Source: Setoptus koraiensis (lineage: Eukaryota > Animalia > Arthropoda). From it: a DNA stretch of 64,000 bases. Below, piece after piece: positions 1 through 13,600 of the stretch (position 1 is its first letter; each line of letters starts with the position of its first letter). The translations under genes and the position numbers were made by a program. The notes beneath the pieces were generated by a model. That model saw nothing but the letters and a program-made list of their open reading frames with translations, made no database searches and had not been told where the DNA came from. The DNA lies in the NCBI GenBank assembly GCA_048013815.1, contig CM106585.1, forward strand, positions 21,638,001 through 21,702,000, in the 5' to 3' direction.

Positions 1-1
1 A

Positions 2-1204
2 CTTTTTAATGGTGAAAACGATTTCTGTGCTTGTCTCAGGGAAACTTTTCCGCAACTAAAAGCGAGAAAATTAACGAGGATAGAATGGTGTAAAGTTCGT
101 CGATTAATGGGAAAACCAAGAAGATGTTCCCCAGCATTCTTCGCAGAAGAAAGGACTGCTCTAAATAACAAGAGACAGAAGGTCAGGCAGCTTCAACAAC
201 AGAAAGTCGTCGATATAAGCCATTACAGAGATCTACCGGATGAAATTCCTCTGAGTTTGGTCATAGGAACGAGAGTTACAGCACTTTTACACAAACCACA
301 CGATGGGCTATTTTCGGGTACTATAGATGCAGTCGACACAGCTAATCATGGATACAGAATTACATTTGATCGGCCAGGTATCGGAACACATACTGTTCCT
401 GATTACGAGGTCCTCAGTAATGATCCTCCGGAGTTCTTACCATTGACATCATTCCAGACACGAGTGAGGCCGAGATTTTTGCCTATGCTCAAGTCACCAA
501 AATTTCTTGAATTGCTTAGTGATCAGGTCTCACAAGCACTCGGTGGAAAGCATGCAAAATTGAATCAACAATTACAACAATCCGGAGATCACGAAGAAGG
601 CTTACTCGGTCAATATCCTATTAGACTTCTTGCTCTAATGGTAAGAGTGTCAAAAATTTTATCTGTCAAAAAGAGGAGAATATTTGAAATTCGTTCGATG
701 AATACAGAAGTTGAAAGACTCAGGAGTGTTGGTGAACCCGTGACACCTGAGCTGCAGAGAACCTATGCTGGCACTATATTGGATTTGGGTAAACTCAATA
801 CTGATCTCGACGATCATTTGAGGGCAGTGCAAATTTACTCTTCCGAACTAGCGATTGATGGAAACAGTGTGCTACAACCAGATGTAATTAAGCAACGATG
901 TAATATTGAAGCTAAGGAGTTGGTCGAGCGTAATCTCACAGATTACAATGTAAGCGATAAAAAGAGTATAGATTTTATCTCTCACCTGACGTCCTTGATG
1001 CTCCATCTGAAAACTTTATCTGAGAATGAAGTGAATTCAATACAGCTTAAGGCCTTAACAGAATCTTTAGACGAGTTCAGATTGGGTATCACACCCACGA
1101 ATATACCAGCCTATGAGGATAATGTAGAAATTCATATCAACCATATAAAGAGCTCGGCCAGCCATTTAGGAAATTTGGGAGCTTTTGTGAATAGCGTGCG
1201 CTGA
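2..1204 (+). CDS. lin-9: LIN-9 (mip130) DREAM/MuvB complex subunit; 5'-truncated by window edge, no intron in the visible part
   Basis: Frame is open from base 2 (LFNGENDFCACLRETFPQLKARKLTRIEWCKVRRLMGKPRRCSPAFFAEER = DIRP domain). It is followed by the Tudor-like segment (LPDEIPLSLVIGTRVTA...GTHTVPDYEVLS), the coiled coil (MNTEVERL...ELA) and the conserved C-terminus (NVEIHINHIKSSASHLGNLGAF), all closely matching animal LIN9. Stop TGA ends at 1204. Confidence 0.96.
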   Translation, partial: LFNGENDFCACLRETFPQLKARKLTRIEWCKVRRLMGKPRRCSPAFFAEERTALNNKRQKVRQLQQQKVVDISHYRDLPDEIPLSLVIGTRVTALLHKPHDGLFSGTIDAVDTANHGYRITFDRPGIGTHTVPDYEVLSNDPPEFLPLTSFQTRVRPRFLPMLKSPKFLELLSDQVSQALGGKHAKLNQQLQQSGDHEEGLLGQYPIRLLALMVRVSKILSVKKRRIFEIRSMNTEVERLRSVGEPVTPELQRTYAGTILDLGKLNTDLDDHLRAVQIYSSELAIDGNSVLQPDVIKQRCNIEAKELVERNLTDYNVSDKKSIDFISHLTSLMLHLKTLSENEVNSIQLKALTESLDEFRLGITPTNIPAYEDNVEIHINHIKSSASHLGNLGAFVNSVR

Positions 1205-1319
1205 ATTAAGTTTAATATACAATGTATTTAGCCTATTAAATTAATAATTCAAGCCGATGTATAATAATGGTCGTTTATGTCAATATGTATTTTTAATGTA
1301 GTAAGAATGAGAGGTTTAA

Positions 1320-4300
1320 CTAAAACAATAGATACTTTGTAGTTATAATGGGTACCATACAGGTGATCATTGTATTCCAAATAACATATATAATATCTGA
1401 TATGTTTGTTGTTGTTGTTGTTGTTGTGAATTTCCTAATACCTTGAATGGACCATGCAGAATTGCAGGCATCTTCGGGACAAGCCAAAACGCAACCTCTG
1501 AGATAGTCGCCCTCAAATTGAAATCTTCCGCAGTGGGACATACGAGCTGCAAACGTTTGATAGCCGAAATTAGTATTGGAGCATTACTAATATGGTTATT
1601 AACTTTATACAATACAGTTGTCTTTCGATAATATTGTTTAGAGAATAACGGGCTCATATGGACTCACCCAGTTCTGTATCCGGTGTAAGTGTTCCTGAAT
1701 CTAGTGCGCAATGTCGGACCACCATTGTCTCTCCGGTATTGTCTGGCACAACGCGATTCATTACATAAGAAGATTAATCATTATTATATGTATTAGAGAG
1801 TATCTATTAAATTACTAGCACTGGTTAGCCGCTGAAACAATCTGATTCATTTCAAGCCTTTGATGATAGTGCGGAAAGTTATTATCAAAAATAATACTAG
1901 ACCAACGGGGCGACGCAAGTGACCCATGCTTTGTACAATTTATTGAAGCTACAAATATAACGTGCATGAATAGAAGAAAAAAAAAAGAGAGACAGACACA
2001 GGCCTACAACGAAGGATATCCGGATAAACAAGATAGATGACAGGAACTAACTATGATATGAGAAAATGGTTTCCTGAAACACATAACCTTTATGTTTGAT
2101 GATATTGGTACCGTGCCTATAAGTGACTTGTTTGCTAATTGCCTTGAATAGCAATAAAAAGAGTATAGATAGCCACAATAGATAATATTTACTAGTAGGC
2201 AGCAGTCTATAGATATCGGAATAGACTTCCCGCTTGGCTTAACCCAGCTAAAATCCAATTTAATTAACATGTCTTGCTGAAAGCAACCATGCAGCACATT
2301 AAAATTACAATGGGTTACGTTGCGTCACTTCACAAGCCATGATGTCGCGTTATATTTCATCGTGTAAAACAGTTGAGGACTACATTTGCAAAACTCCGCT
2401 AGATTGATTGATACTTGTGATTCTTCTCTTATCTGTCTGTTCTCCTCTCCAGTGATATATCTATCTAATCAATCTCTGATGATATGAGTTATACCGGTAA
2501 TTGTTCTGATTCAATTGAACAATTACATTGAGAGCGTGATGATAGATTCCTATCTTACTCGAACCAGTCCCCCAGTAGAGGACGAAAAAATAGATTTTCT
2601 AATGATATTATCATCCTGCCTTTCTTTTCGTGCATAATCTCATGGATCAAGATCATTAGGATTTACTTTACCCAGGTGCGATGTATGATCAAAAATCAAC
2701 TTAATGTTTGAGATGATATTGTCAATATGTTACTTCTTGGTAATACTTGTCTAAGTCATCTACTTTGATAAACGGTGTCAAGCAATGTTATCAATCTTAT
2801 ACCACTCAAATCTGGCAAGGATCTGATCTTGTCAAGAGGCTGCTCAAAGAAATACCAATTTAATGTCGACATCAAAGAAAGATCAGCTTAATATGGATGA
2901 GGGAGGCATTCATTCAGGCGTATAGTCAAAGTACAAATAAATAAAACTGTGCATGAACTATGTGAATGAGGCATTGATCATCAATGTGTAACGACGAAGT
3001 GAGATAGACCGGAAAATACCGGTATGTTGACTTCGCGATCCTCATATGTTTAGCTTCCACGAATGATTGGGACCTCGGCGGGACATTTTTAATTTGAACT
3101 CTTTGCTGAGTCTTCAAATTAATTTGTATCATTTAAGTCTAGTATTGATTATAGTAAGACATGCGAGCCGTCTGAGGAGACTTATTTTGGAAGCAGATGG
3201 AGACCCGAGCGTACCGATTCCTGATGGAAATTGAATTGAGAAAGAACACTCAGAGTATAACGTGAGTACTATCTCTCTTGTGATTTGCAACGTATCCAGA
3301 TGAAACATTCATTCTGATTTGAGTTTTTAGGCTAATACATTGTAATTTTTCATCGCAAACTAAAAGCTGTTACATCATTCTATGAGAGGACTAATTTATG
3401 GAAACTGTTCATCATAAGAACCATCTTTACTATAGCTATTCTGAGGATCTAGACACTTTGTCCTGGCGCATCTCGATGCATATTTAATCTTAGAATTCCA
3501 ATGAGGCAACTCTAATACTCTATCCAAATCTGCATGATGATGGACGGACTATCATCATTAGCTACCTCACCAGATCATTATTTATGGATGAGATAAAATG
3601 AAATGCAATGTGGACAATTTCTTGGCCACCTAACTTGGTATTGAGCTAGTCAGCCAGAAGGGGCAACATAAGATCGATCGGTCATTCACTACTGACTCAT
3701 CATTATTGGTGGAAACTTAATTTTTCTCGAATCTTTTCTCCTCTTTTCTTCGACGACAAAAAAGCAGGTATAATTAATTCTCTGTAAGCCTCATTATAAT
3801 GATGATGCTGGATAGTGAAAGAAACTGAACGGGGGTGCTCCAATCACTGTGCACTAATGATGGAGAAAAATTGAAGCAGCCTAATGTGGCTTGAAGTTGA
3901 TATACTAATGATATAATGAGCGCCCATTAAATGAAGAGAATCCGTTAAAATTGGTAGTGTGTGTTCAGTAAACAATTCTACTTGATATCTGCAACGATAA
4001 CTTCTGCAACGACTGGCAATAATTATTACCAACTACAGATTAGTGCACTGTATGTACTTGAGTAAAAACTCCAGTGATTATGTTTACTACTTACCAAATG
4101 TTCCGGTTAGTTTAATACAAGCTGATGCCGGAAATAGGCCTTCTCGGTTCTTTTTGCCAGCATAACAAGGCGTATGATATGCGACATTTGGAGCTGGATT
4201 AGGTAGCTGGTTGGTAATAACTCTAGTAGAGTTTGTATTGTGGAAGGGATCCTCGCAGGCTGGATTGCTCCCGTTACGGGATGAACATCTGAAGCAATCA

Positions 4301-7081
4301 ATAGCATCAACAGTGCCTGTTAGTAGTTGAATAGCATTAGAGAGAGGATATATTGAAAGAAAAGATTTCAATTAATCGTCGTAATAACTGCAAGTAGTTT
4401 TTGTAAATGCGAGTAATGTGAAGCAACTAGGCGAAAGAAAGGAGATCTATACTGCACTCATGTACAGTGTAGATATAAAGAAAAATATGATTGAATCGTC
4501 TTTTGAACACGCGTGATTAGATACAGGTGTCAGGGAGTTGTTTACTCTGAGAAATGTTTCATAATCTCAAATGTCACATGCAAGTGCAAACTGACAGCTG
4601 TCGAGTTGAAGCCAGAAGGAAAGAAAAGTGAAAAATCGTCAAAGAGAATTAATTAAATTAGATAAATATTAATCTTTGCATCGATCATTGGCATGTCCAT
4701 CGCTTATAAGACCTGTGTCACCTACATATACACAGTGTCATTAATTGAATGAAAACTTAACAAGATTATATCGGATTTCAATGGTATAGAGCAAAGTGCA
4801 CAAATATATAACGGATTATATGGGAATGAAGCGAGTCTGATCGCTCTGGTGCGACTGTGGAATCATTAGTTCTATTACTACAACCATTATTACTTTATTT
4901 CTACTCAGACTAGGTACTAATTGAAAGCAACATCATCATCAATATATCATATAGTATTCATTGGTATAGGAGCATTATGGCCGAACCACTAGCGGACGAA
5001 CACTCATATAAGTATCGATTGTGACTAACCTAAACTTCCGGCGGGCTTTGTTAGTGAATCGTTAATGATCATAGCTAATGATGCTCACCTATTTTGGTGA
5101 CAAATACTAGCTCAATCTAACCATTACTATATATAGAATCCATATGTAATGGTGCAGTAGTCGACTAATGAACAATTTGGCCGACCGTATCTTTGCATGG
5201 GTGCAATTTTTCTCTTTATACACTCACTCAATCTGTTTATTGCATTCCGTATTGCGCAGTGGGCAAGAAATATGGTTCGACACAGCTATATTTCTTGTAT
5301 TGAGGCCGTATTGGATCGGACTATGTCCTCTAATCGCCTGATGCCTCTTTTTGAGATACTCTTTTTTGTTTGTGTAATCTCATCTGCAGATACGCGCGGA
5401 TCTTCGTTGAAGTAATTCAGCGCGCGGCTTTCTCTTTTCAAAAAAGTTTATCAATTGCAAGCACTCTCTTTCTGGATCATACATCTGTCATCATGTGTCC
5501 AGCTAACGAGGCCAGTTCACGCTTATACGGTTGCTGGTCAATCTCACAAAGCCCAGATGGAGATCTAGGCTGAAACGTACCAAACAAAAGAGTTGTCAAC
5601 GTCGAGTTTGATAACTCAACGTTGGCTCAGCGACTGTTTCTTATCTTGCTCTTCATCATGTTCAGCTTCAAAAGAAGACCCTCAATATCAGGATAAAGAG
5701 GTAGAGAAAAGAGGTACATTCAGTGAGTATAACGGAGTAACGATGGTTTGCTCGTGGCGATTGGGCACAGAACAACTTTCCTGTTAGTTTGTTTGTGGAA
5801 TGACCAGGAAAAAGAAAAGAATTGCACGACAGAACTCGGTTGGACCTCTCAACTCTCTTATGACATGGTGCTAATGCTAGTTATCAACCTCGTTATGATG
5901 GATATGCCCCTTAGCGATTCGCATAAAGTTTACTTTGACACTTACAACTTTGACGATCTTTCTTTCGACCAATAATGATGAAAGAGAAGGCGGCCAAAGA
6001 GAGTTTGGTCCTAGTATTTGTCACAAACTGCCAGTATGTTTTTTGTGGCTTTTCAATTTTTATCGCAAACAAACAAAACTGGAGCCCAAGAAAAGGCATT
6101 CTGATGATCGTTCGACTTTTTTCTTCCGCAAAACTGAACAACTATAATCTGAAAGAATTCACACGCACGAGGGAGACAAACAAATAGTTTTATGGTCAAT
6201 AATATTGACTCAATATTGCCCCATAACAACTTTTAAGATGTTGGCAATTTACGCAGCCGCCCGTCACATATCGGCGATAACTGCAAACTTATATTATGTA
6301 AGCTCTGGCATAGCCATTTGGAGAGCTGAGAAATTGCTCCGAGCTTCAAATTGTGTGTCAGGCGGCAAGATCAGCTGTAAGTGCAATGTCAGATCGAATG
6401 GGCTTCATCGTCCCAACGCTTCGTGAAACGAGTGAACGTGCCAGATAGATTTGGTATGTGCGACCATCATCGACGTAGTCTCATAACCATTCTATACAAT
6501 TTTTCTCAGCCCAGTCTCTGTGTATTGTTAGCAATTCAACAACTTTTATAGGGCGATAATACTTTGCTGAGAATCAAATCTTTCGAATTTATCGGGCTAC
6601 AAAAAAGAAACTTCTCTTTCAACGTTTAGCCTCTTATATATACATAGATGTTTTCTTACTTTTGTTGTCGAGATCAAAAAAGAGGAACAACGAAATCAAC
6701 CATGTTTGTAGATCAAGCATGGAAACTTTCAGAGATGATACATTTACAAAAGTTAGTAAAAGTGTGTATTTGTGCGCGCGTGCGATCCTATAAACAAGAT
6801 TTGACTGCAGATATCTCACTAACAATGTTGTAAGAGAGATAAAGATAAAGAATTGGCCCTACAGTAGTAATTCGGTAATTCAAGTGCCAACAAACAAGAC
6901 AATTGCATAAAAAAAGACGAGAACATCACTTACCTGGTGTTAATATTAGCATAAGACATGCCGAAACGATAGTAATTGACAGCAAAAGGCTTAGCTTGTT
7001 CTTGTTATTGGTTGTCGGTGATGTCGGTGTTATTGTTGATCTCATGGAAGAGGAAAAAGTCGAATCAATTATTGTCACCAT
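1320..7081 (-). CDS. Ly6/uPAR (quiver/sleepless-family, Drosophila CG6329-like) GPI-anchored three-finger protein; exons ~7081(or 7045)-6934, 4316-4095, 1742-1668, 1546-1320
   Basis: GT-AG splicing with matching phase-1 junctions gives a signal peptide KLSLLLSITIVSACLMLILTPG|TVDA, then IDCFRCSSRNGSNPACEDPFHN...PCYAGKKNREGLFPASACIKLTGTF|DNTGETMVVRHCALDSGTLTPDTEL|ARMSHCGRFQFEGDYLRGCVLACPEDACNSA and a hydrophobic GPI-type tail. Cys pattern and motifs match CG6329-type Ly6 proteins as recalled. Start Met uncertain. Confidence 0.88.
5700..6150 (+). mobile_element. Highly decayed piggyBac-like transposase remnant inside Ly6 intron 1
   Basis: Broken frames give ELG...VLMLV...SHKVYFD(T)YNF and KLEPKKRHSDDRST, resembling piggyBac/PGBD core motifs (HxVYFDNYFTS; KKxRGxxD). 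Stops and frameshifts present; no TTAA-bounded ends identified. Confidence 0.3.
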
Positions 7082-7367
7082 GCTTGGCTTGTTTGTTGTA
7101 TTTGTGGATCTTTTGATCCCATTTGGTTGAATGCTTAGATTGCATTTTTTTAAGCTTCTGCGATAGACATTGTAGCAATTTTGTTGTTGGAGCAATTCTG
7201 CAACATGTCTAGTCGAATGATGATCATTTATTACACGATCACTATTAGACACTGCACATACAGTTGAACTATTGTTCTCGTTCTCAATGGCTGCTATGTT
7301 GTGGAGGCCCTCGGTTGCTTGGCTATTATTGCATTTTCTTTTACTGTTATTGATGTTGGTGCAACCA

Positions 7368-7867
7368 NNNNNNNNNNNNNNNNNNNNNNNNNNNNNNNNN
7401 NNNNNNNNNNNNNNNNNNNNNNNNNNNNNNNNNNNNNNNNNNNNNNNNNNNNNNNNNNNNNNNNNNNNNNNNNNNNNNNNNNNNNNNNNNNNNNNNNNNN
7501 NNNNNNNNNNNNNNNNNNNNNNNNNNNNNNNNNNNNNNNNNNNNNNNNNNNNNNNNNNNNNNNNNNNNNNNNNNNNNNNNNNNNNNNNNNNNNNNNNNNN
7601 NNNNNNNNNNNNNNNNNNNNNNNNNNNNNNNNNNNNNNNNNNNNNNNNNNNNNNNNNNNNNNNNNNNNNNNNNNNNNNNNNNNNNNNNNNNNNNNNNNNN
7701 NNNNNNNNNNNNNNNNNNNNNNNNNNNNNNNNNNNNNNNNNNNNNNNNNNNNNNNNNNNNNNNNNNNNNNNNNNNNNNNNNNNNNNNNNNNNNNNNNNNN
7801 NNNNNNNNNNNNNNNNNNNNNNNNNNNNNNNNNNNNNNNNNNNNNNNNNNNNNNNNNNNNNNNNNNN
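7368..7867. other. Assembly gap (exactly 500 N)
   Basis: Run of N; the round length indicates a fixed-size scaffolding gap. Confidence 0.99.
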
Positions 7868-10175
7868 AAACCATTTTGGTTCACCATCACCACTACTATT
7901 GATGAGACGGCGACTGCTTCTTTTAGTCATTCTATTGTAATTTAATTGATTGAATTTGTTTTTGTTTCTATTATTGTAATAGCTGTGATAAGCTCTTACG
8001 TAAGCGAGCTAAAAATTTGCTCTTGTTTCAGTGTGGCGGCTCTCGTGGCAATAGTTTAAACTTGAGATTTTGTGTGTGTGCAAGCATCAATGCAACAACT
8101 AAACATATCGTTGCATCTGTTGTTTTTGTTCAATATGCCTGCCAGTTTCTGTCTCATTTGAATTCATTTGAAATTGATTGTCTCCGTTGAGCTCTTTGTT
8201 TGCTCGATCATTTGTTTGCTTGTTACTGCTGTCGATCTTGACTTATTTTTTTGGTTTTGGGACTGTGTGTAGGCTTTTTCTGTTACTTACAATTGTTAGA
8301 TTATTTGTCTGTTGTGTGTGGCTTTGTTTGTCTGTGCGTCCTATCTAGTAGGCTGTCCGTTAGTTATTCCTTAGTTCCTCTCGCAAGCTAGTGTGTGTGT
8401 GTGATAGTAGCTAACTGAAAACATTTGTAAGTGGCCCGCGCGTCAAGTCTTGCCGCTGATGAGGACGATGCTGAACATTCGGCCAATGCCTTGATTAATT
8501 GCAGCGTGAAATGTGCAACATGGGGAGACAGTGGCAAGAAAAGGAGGAACACGGTTGAGTTAGAAAGTAAGATGTTAGAGGGTGTGTGTTAACAGAAACT
8601 TGTCGACTTGGGCACGATGGGCCCGGCGATAGAGAGAGAGAGAGAGAGCGAGAGGCAAGCCAATTAATGATATGTCTGCAGGCTCCTTTTGGGCGTCTTG
8701 CTAGTGTTGGCGTTGGTTGACGGGACAAATACCCAGCTAGCTGAGTGTGCTATGTGAGAGTGTCTTTTGCTGTTGCTTCGAATGTGCACTAGAATGAAAG
8801 TGGCTATTATGTTTTGTGTCTACGTTGACTACAAACTAAAACTAATAGTGTGTCTGTTTGTTTTAGTAATCAGGCACGCTAACTACTTAGCACTACCAGC
8901 TAGTTTGTGCGTCGTTCGAAAGTCAGCGTTCGCTAGATAGTAGTAATTTTATTTTGTCTTGACTCACCTTGCTGTGTGTTATTGTATGTGTGTGTGTGTC
9001 GCTGTCTGTGTTGATTCCCTGGGATTCACTAGCTGCAACTTGGCCTCATCCTTTGCCCATTGGCTGTTTGTTATTACGGTTTGTTGTACAGTTGCTTGCG
9101 CCCAGCTGAACTAGATGCCGAGTGAGATAATTTAATATAAAGCGTGAGCTATGTCGTGAGCAGACAATTGTGTCTGATTGGCTGGTTGTGTGTGTCGTTA
9201 ATGTTTTGGTCGTTCGTTAATGTTGTATCGGTGATGTTGGATGCGGTGCAGTGGAGGTTGTTGCGACCTTAAGCTAGTTTACATACTTAAATAGTGTGTT
9301 GCTGTTGCTGTTACTGCAATAGACAATGCAATTAATCAATTAAATTGTGCTCGTGCAATCTAATTACAGTGTGGTTAGTGTCTCATCACTAACTGCTTGC
9401 GTAACAACTGCAACAGATCCAATTGAACTCATTACCGGATTGTGGGCTGCTTGACTGGGCCGTTGAAAGGGGTCGCTTGAATCGGTTGAAATTATTCTAT
9501 TGTTGGTAATTGGGTGTCGTCGCTAATCTCGTTATATTGTCGTTATGTCGTTCTCTGCTTAACGTTGCGCTGTTATGCGTATTGTTGCCTAGATGCGTAA
9601 TAGTTTTATTTCAATTATATTGCCACTTGCCACTCACTTGTTCTTGATCTTGATGTATAATGCCACCAATGTGTGTAATACTGTCAATGTGCAATTCTAT
9701 AAATGTGAGAGCCTCACCTCGGCGGGCCGGCCTATTGTTGTCGGGAGGCTATTGACTGGCGCGCGTGTTATTGTGTTAGAAGGGTTAATTATTTTAGCGG
9801 CGCGATTCCGGCCGACAAATAGTAAATATGGAAGGTGATTATCACACTAAATGATCAATATCTGTCCTCTGGTTGCTTTATCAGCTTTATCGGTCTGTCT
9901 GCTACTTACACACTATTATGTTATACGTTGGTATACAATTGTGGGGCGCTGCTCGTTTAGTTCGATTTGTGTCGCGTTGCGTCGTGTCGTTCATGCAGAT
10001 TGTTCTGTCGCCTATATTCACATTATTCGATTCTCAGATTGCCTCGAGTGGCTCGGTCTAGTTGGTCACTCGCACGTTCGCTCACATGCTGCCGAACAAC
10101 AACAACAACAATGGCTCAGTTTCACCGCAAATAGTTCGATTCTTTCTCTCACACAATTCCACTAACAACTGCTGA

Positions 10176-10332
10176 TTGGGTCGATCTACTATTGTTGCGT
10201 TGCAATGCTGTTATGCGTGCTGCAGTCTGCACACATGCCACCACTACTGCAACTGCTGCCACTGCTACTGCTACTGCTGCTGCTCCGTTCTCAATTCAAA
10301 ATGGCGCAAGCACGATGAACGGCGTGCCTTTG

Positions 10333-10364
<32 letters not shown>

Positions 10365-10580
10365 CGCACGCACACACACATGACAAACACATGACACACG
10401 CACACGCACACGCACACAAGCCCGAGGCCTCAGATGACGAGCAGCGAGAGGCGAGCAGTTTTCTAATCGCGCCCGATACCCGTAGCACACACACACACAC
10501 CATAATCACATGTGACTTGCGTTTATCTGTGTGGCGCCCCTTCCCCCCCCCAGTCCGATTTCCATGCGAGCATTGTGTTT

Positions 10581-10615
<35 letters not shown>

Positions 10616-10620
10616 CCCAT
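10176..10620. repeat. Microsatellite cluster: (CTG/CTA)n, (CA)n, (TG)n
   Basis: Direct reading of simple repeats, e.g. (CA)n at ~10334-10417 and (TG)n at ~10583-10611. Confidence 0.9.
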
Positions 10621-13600
10621 GCCCGACCGATTGCCCATGCCACCAAATCTAGACCGCCCTCTAGCTCACGAGCAGCAAACTAGGTGTTGTGCTCACGTGT
10701 GCACCCTCGGTGCGCGTGAATATCACTGCGGTTATAAGCTCTCATTTGTCTTGCCTGACGCCTAGTGTGCCTGCCTTGCTGAAGTCAAGCCGCGCGCTTG
10801 CGCTTGCGCAACAAGCCAGCTGGGGCCAGCTCTTGCGGCCCGTATAGCGGCCCGTGTCGCGGCCCCACGACTAAATGGGCCCCAAATACTGACACTCTAG
10901 ATGTTATGACAACCATAACATTTGGCAAGCAGTTATTTAGCGTATGCCAGCTCCGTTTGACACAGTTTGTCTGACAGAGTCTGTTGGGCACAGTTCGCCG
11001 TCCGGCGGACTGTGTCGGCCTGGCAAGTCGCGCGCGCCAAGTTGCCCGTGATGCGCTGCCAACTTGATAAATGTGTGCTCGTGTGCAGCTCGAGTGTTTG
11101 TAGGCGCGCTCACAATTGTTGAGCAACAACGCATCGCAAGTTTGGGGCCATGTTGTTGCCATAGTTGCTATCTCTCCCGGTCACCTCGTGCCCTTTTAAT
11201 GGGCCCAAAAGTTGTTGATGTTTGAATATCCGAGCATCTCGCCGCGTGCGCGTCTTATTGCTTGAATCGAGCCATTGAGCGCTCGCAATCACTGACCATT
11301 TGGAATTATATTTAAGCAGCTTTTGGCTCGGATTTCATCCATCAATGGGCACCAATAGAGGAAATGGGTGAGACCAGAGCAGGGCATTGTTTTGCATCTC
11401 TGTCCCTCGCTCGTGTTGCAACGGTGTGCTCGCATGATTTATTTGTCCTTTCGCTAACTATCCCAATGACTAGCCGCGAGATCGCCAACTCGCCAGCTAG
11501 CTAATAGTATTAATAGCGATGTCCTGTCCCCAGAGTGGCGATATCGCTGATATCGAATCGGTTTGCTGTTCGCCTGTTTTAATAATCCAGTGACGCTCGC
11601 GAGCACTAAGCGCATATCTACGCGCGGATTATTTACGCTAGCCGATGATATGTTTACAATCGGCGACAACATTGGCAAGCGACCAATCGCCAGCCAGTCT
11701 GTTCAACGGCAGCCAATGTAGTTGCGCTGGCTAATAAAATTGCTAGCAGATAAGATCAATCATAACTGTTTAGCTAGTCATTGAATCAATTAACTCATCA
11801 ATGGCCCAATGGTAATCAATTCAAACCGACCGCCCTTCCTCCGGCCGATCACAGACAATCGACCGGACCACCGTCTATTTATAACTTGCATCTACAGTCC
11901 GCTGGGTCCAATCACACACACACATACACACTACTGGCACATATTGTGACGCACACGGCGAAATTGGCGCCCATTTGAGGCCAATATGACGACTATATCA
12001 ATGGGTCTCGCTCACGCATAATCGACATTTACATGAATGGACTGGCTCTAATCTCCTTACGTAATGTCTGTGTGAGTGTGTGTGTGTTCAGGCATGTCGA
12101 ACGAATATAATCTTTAGCGGCGGCGCCATCGCGTATAGCGCATATAGAGTATATCCACGTGCACAGTGTAATCCACATGCACCGAGATGGCGACAGTGCC
12201 ATCTGCCACTGTTGCTGCGTGCACATACATATGTAACGAAAATTATAACAGTGTGTCCGCGGTGAATAGGTGAGCCAGCCAGCAAGCAGTGATTTATATT
12301 TCGTCTGATTCGACTGCCAGAGATGCCGCCAGAGATTCTTAATGCGCATACATAAGCATATTGCAACCGGCGCTGCGGCCAATATGCGATGCGACGCTGA
12401 CCAGGCGTCTCACAAATTGTGAGTCACAATGCAGAGATGGCCAGTTGTTTCACCTGCTGGTTGGTTGGTTGGCTGGCTGGCTGCAAATCGGTCAGGCCAA
12501 TTTGGCGCTGGCATTGCCGCGGCAGCAGCGGCTAGCGACAATCATGAAATGACGCAATCACTGCCGTTGCTGATGGCGATGGCGACGGCTATTGTAACCG
12601 GAGCGACCAACAAATGACATGAATCACAATGGCAGAAAGATTTGGAATCATTTGAAATCATTTGAAATGCTTATGACGGCAGCATCAGCGCTGCTGTTTG
12701 AATGCTGTCGCTGTCGTTTGAATACTTTCGATTTGATTCCGGTGATGTCCGTCAATTGCCGATGCTGCAACCCAATCTCCATCTATACCTGTACCTGTGT
12801 GCGTTCGAATGTGGCTTCCAGGTTGGCCGCTGGCCGTAACGCCATCATTGCGAGTCGGAAAGTTATGTGTTGAGCTATAATCTCGAATGCGCATAACAAA
12901 AGATTGTTTGTTTCAAGAATAAATCGCAGATTTGCCAATGACCCACTGGCGCACCCAGTAACAGCGCCAGGCTAGTTCTGGTAAGCCGATGATAGCCTGC
13001 TGCTGTCACTTGTCGTGCCAGTGGGGCCCGGTAGTGAAGTTGTGGTGGTTGCCGGATAGACTGGAAAGCGGCCGGCTTAGCTGTTGCTCACGGTCAACAG
13101 TGCACCGCTGCATTGTCATTAAATTGAGCACATCAACATCAACGACAACGACAGGCTCTCAGTTCGTGTTCGCTTACACGTGCACCAGAGAGAAGCCCGC
13201 CAACTTTCGTGGCTGCGAGCATGCACCTCGGAGTAGAGTTACACAAAATATTGATGGCTCAACGACGAGAGTCAGCCATTATTTGTCCTTATTGTTGTCT
13301 GGCTGTCGCCCTGCGCTCGCAAAAAAAATAAATAAATAAATAAATTGTTAAATTCTATTGAAAACCTGAGCACCTAGGCCGGCTAATCGAGCGGCTAGGC
13401 ACGTAGTGAATAGGCAAAAATTGTTTTAAGCACGTAGTGGCGGCGCGCTATTAGGCGCACTTGTTATTGATGTGATAATAAGAGACGCTTGCCATACTCC
13501 TGCGTGATTTTTATAAGTGCAAACACACGCTAAACAGACACAAAAATCAGACAGGAATATGGCACGAGGAAGAGGAAAGAGAAAGCCTACACAAGTTTGT

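Noticed and set aside
2471-2511. TGATGA...CTGA resembling a box C/D snoRNA
   Set aside because: Only ~33 nt from the C box to the D box, too short, and no recognisable antisense element.
6926-7945. Long ORFs in the track spanning poly-X
   Set aside because: Artefacts of translating through the 500-N gap; only 6934-7367 is real sequence in that frame.
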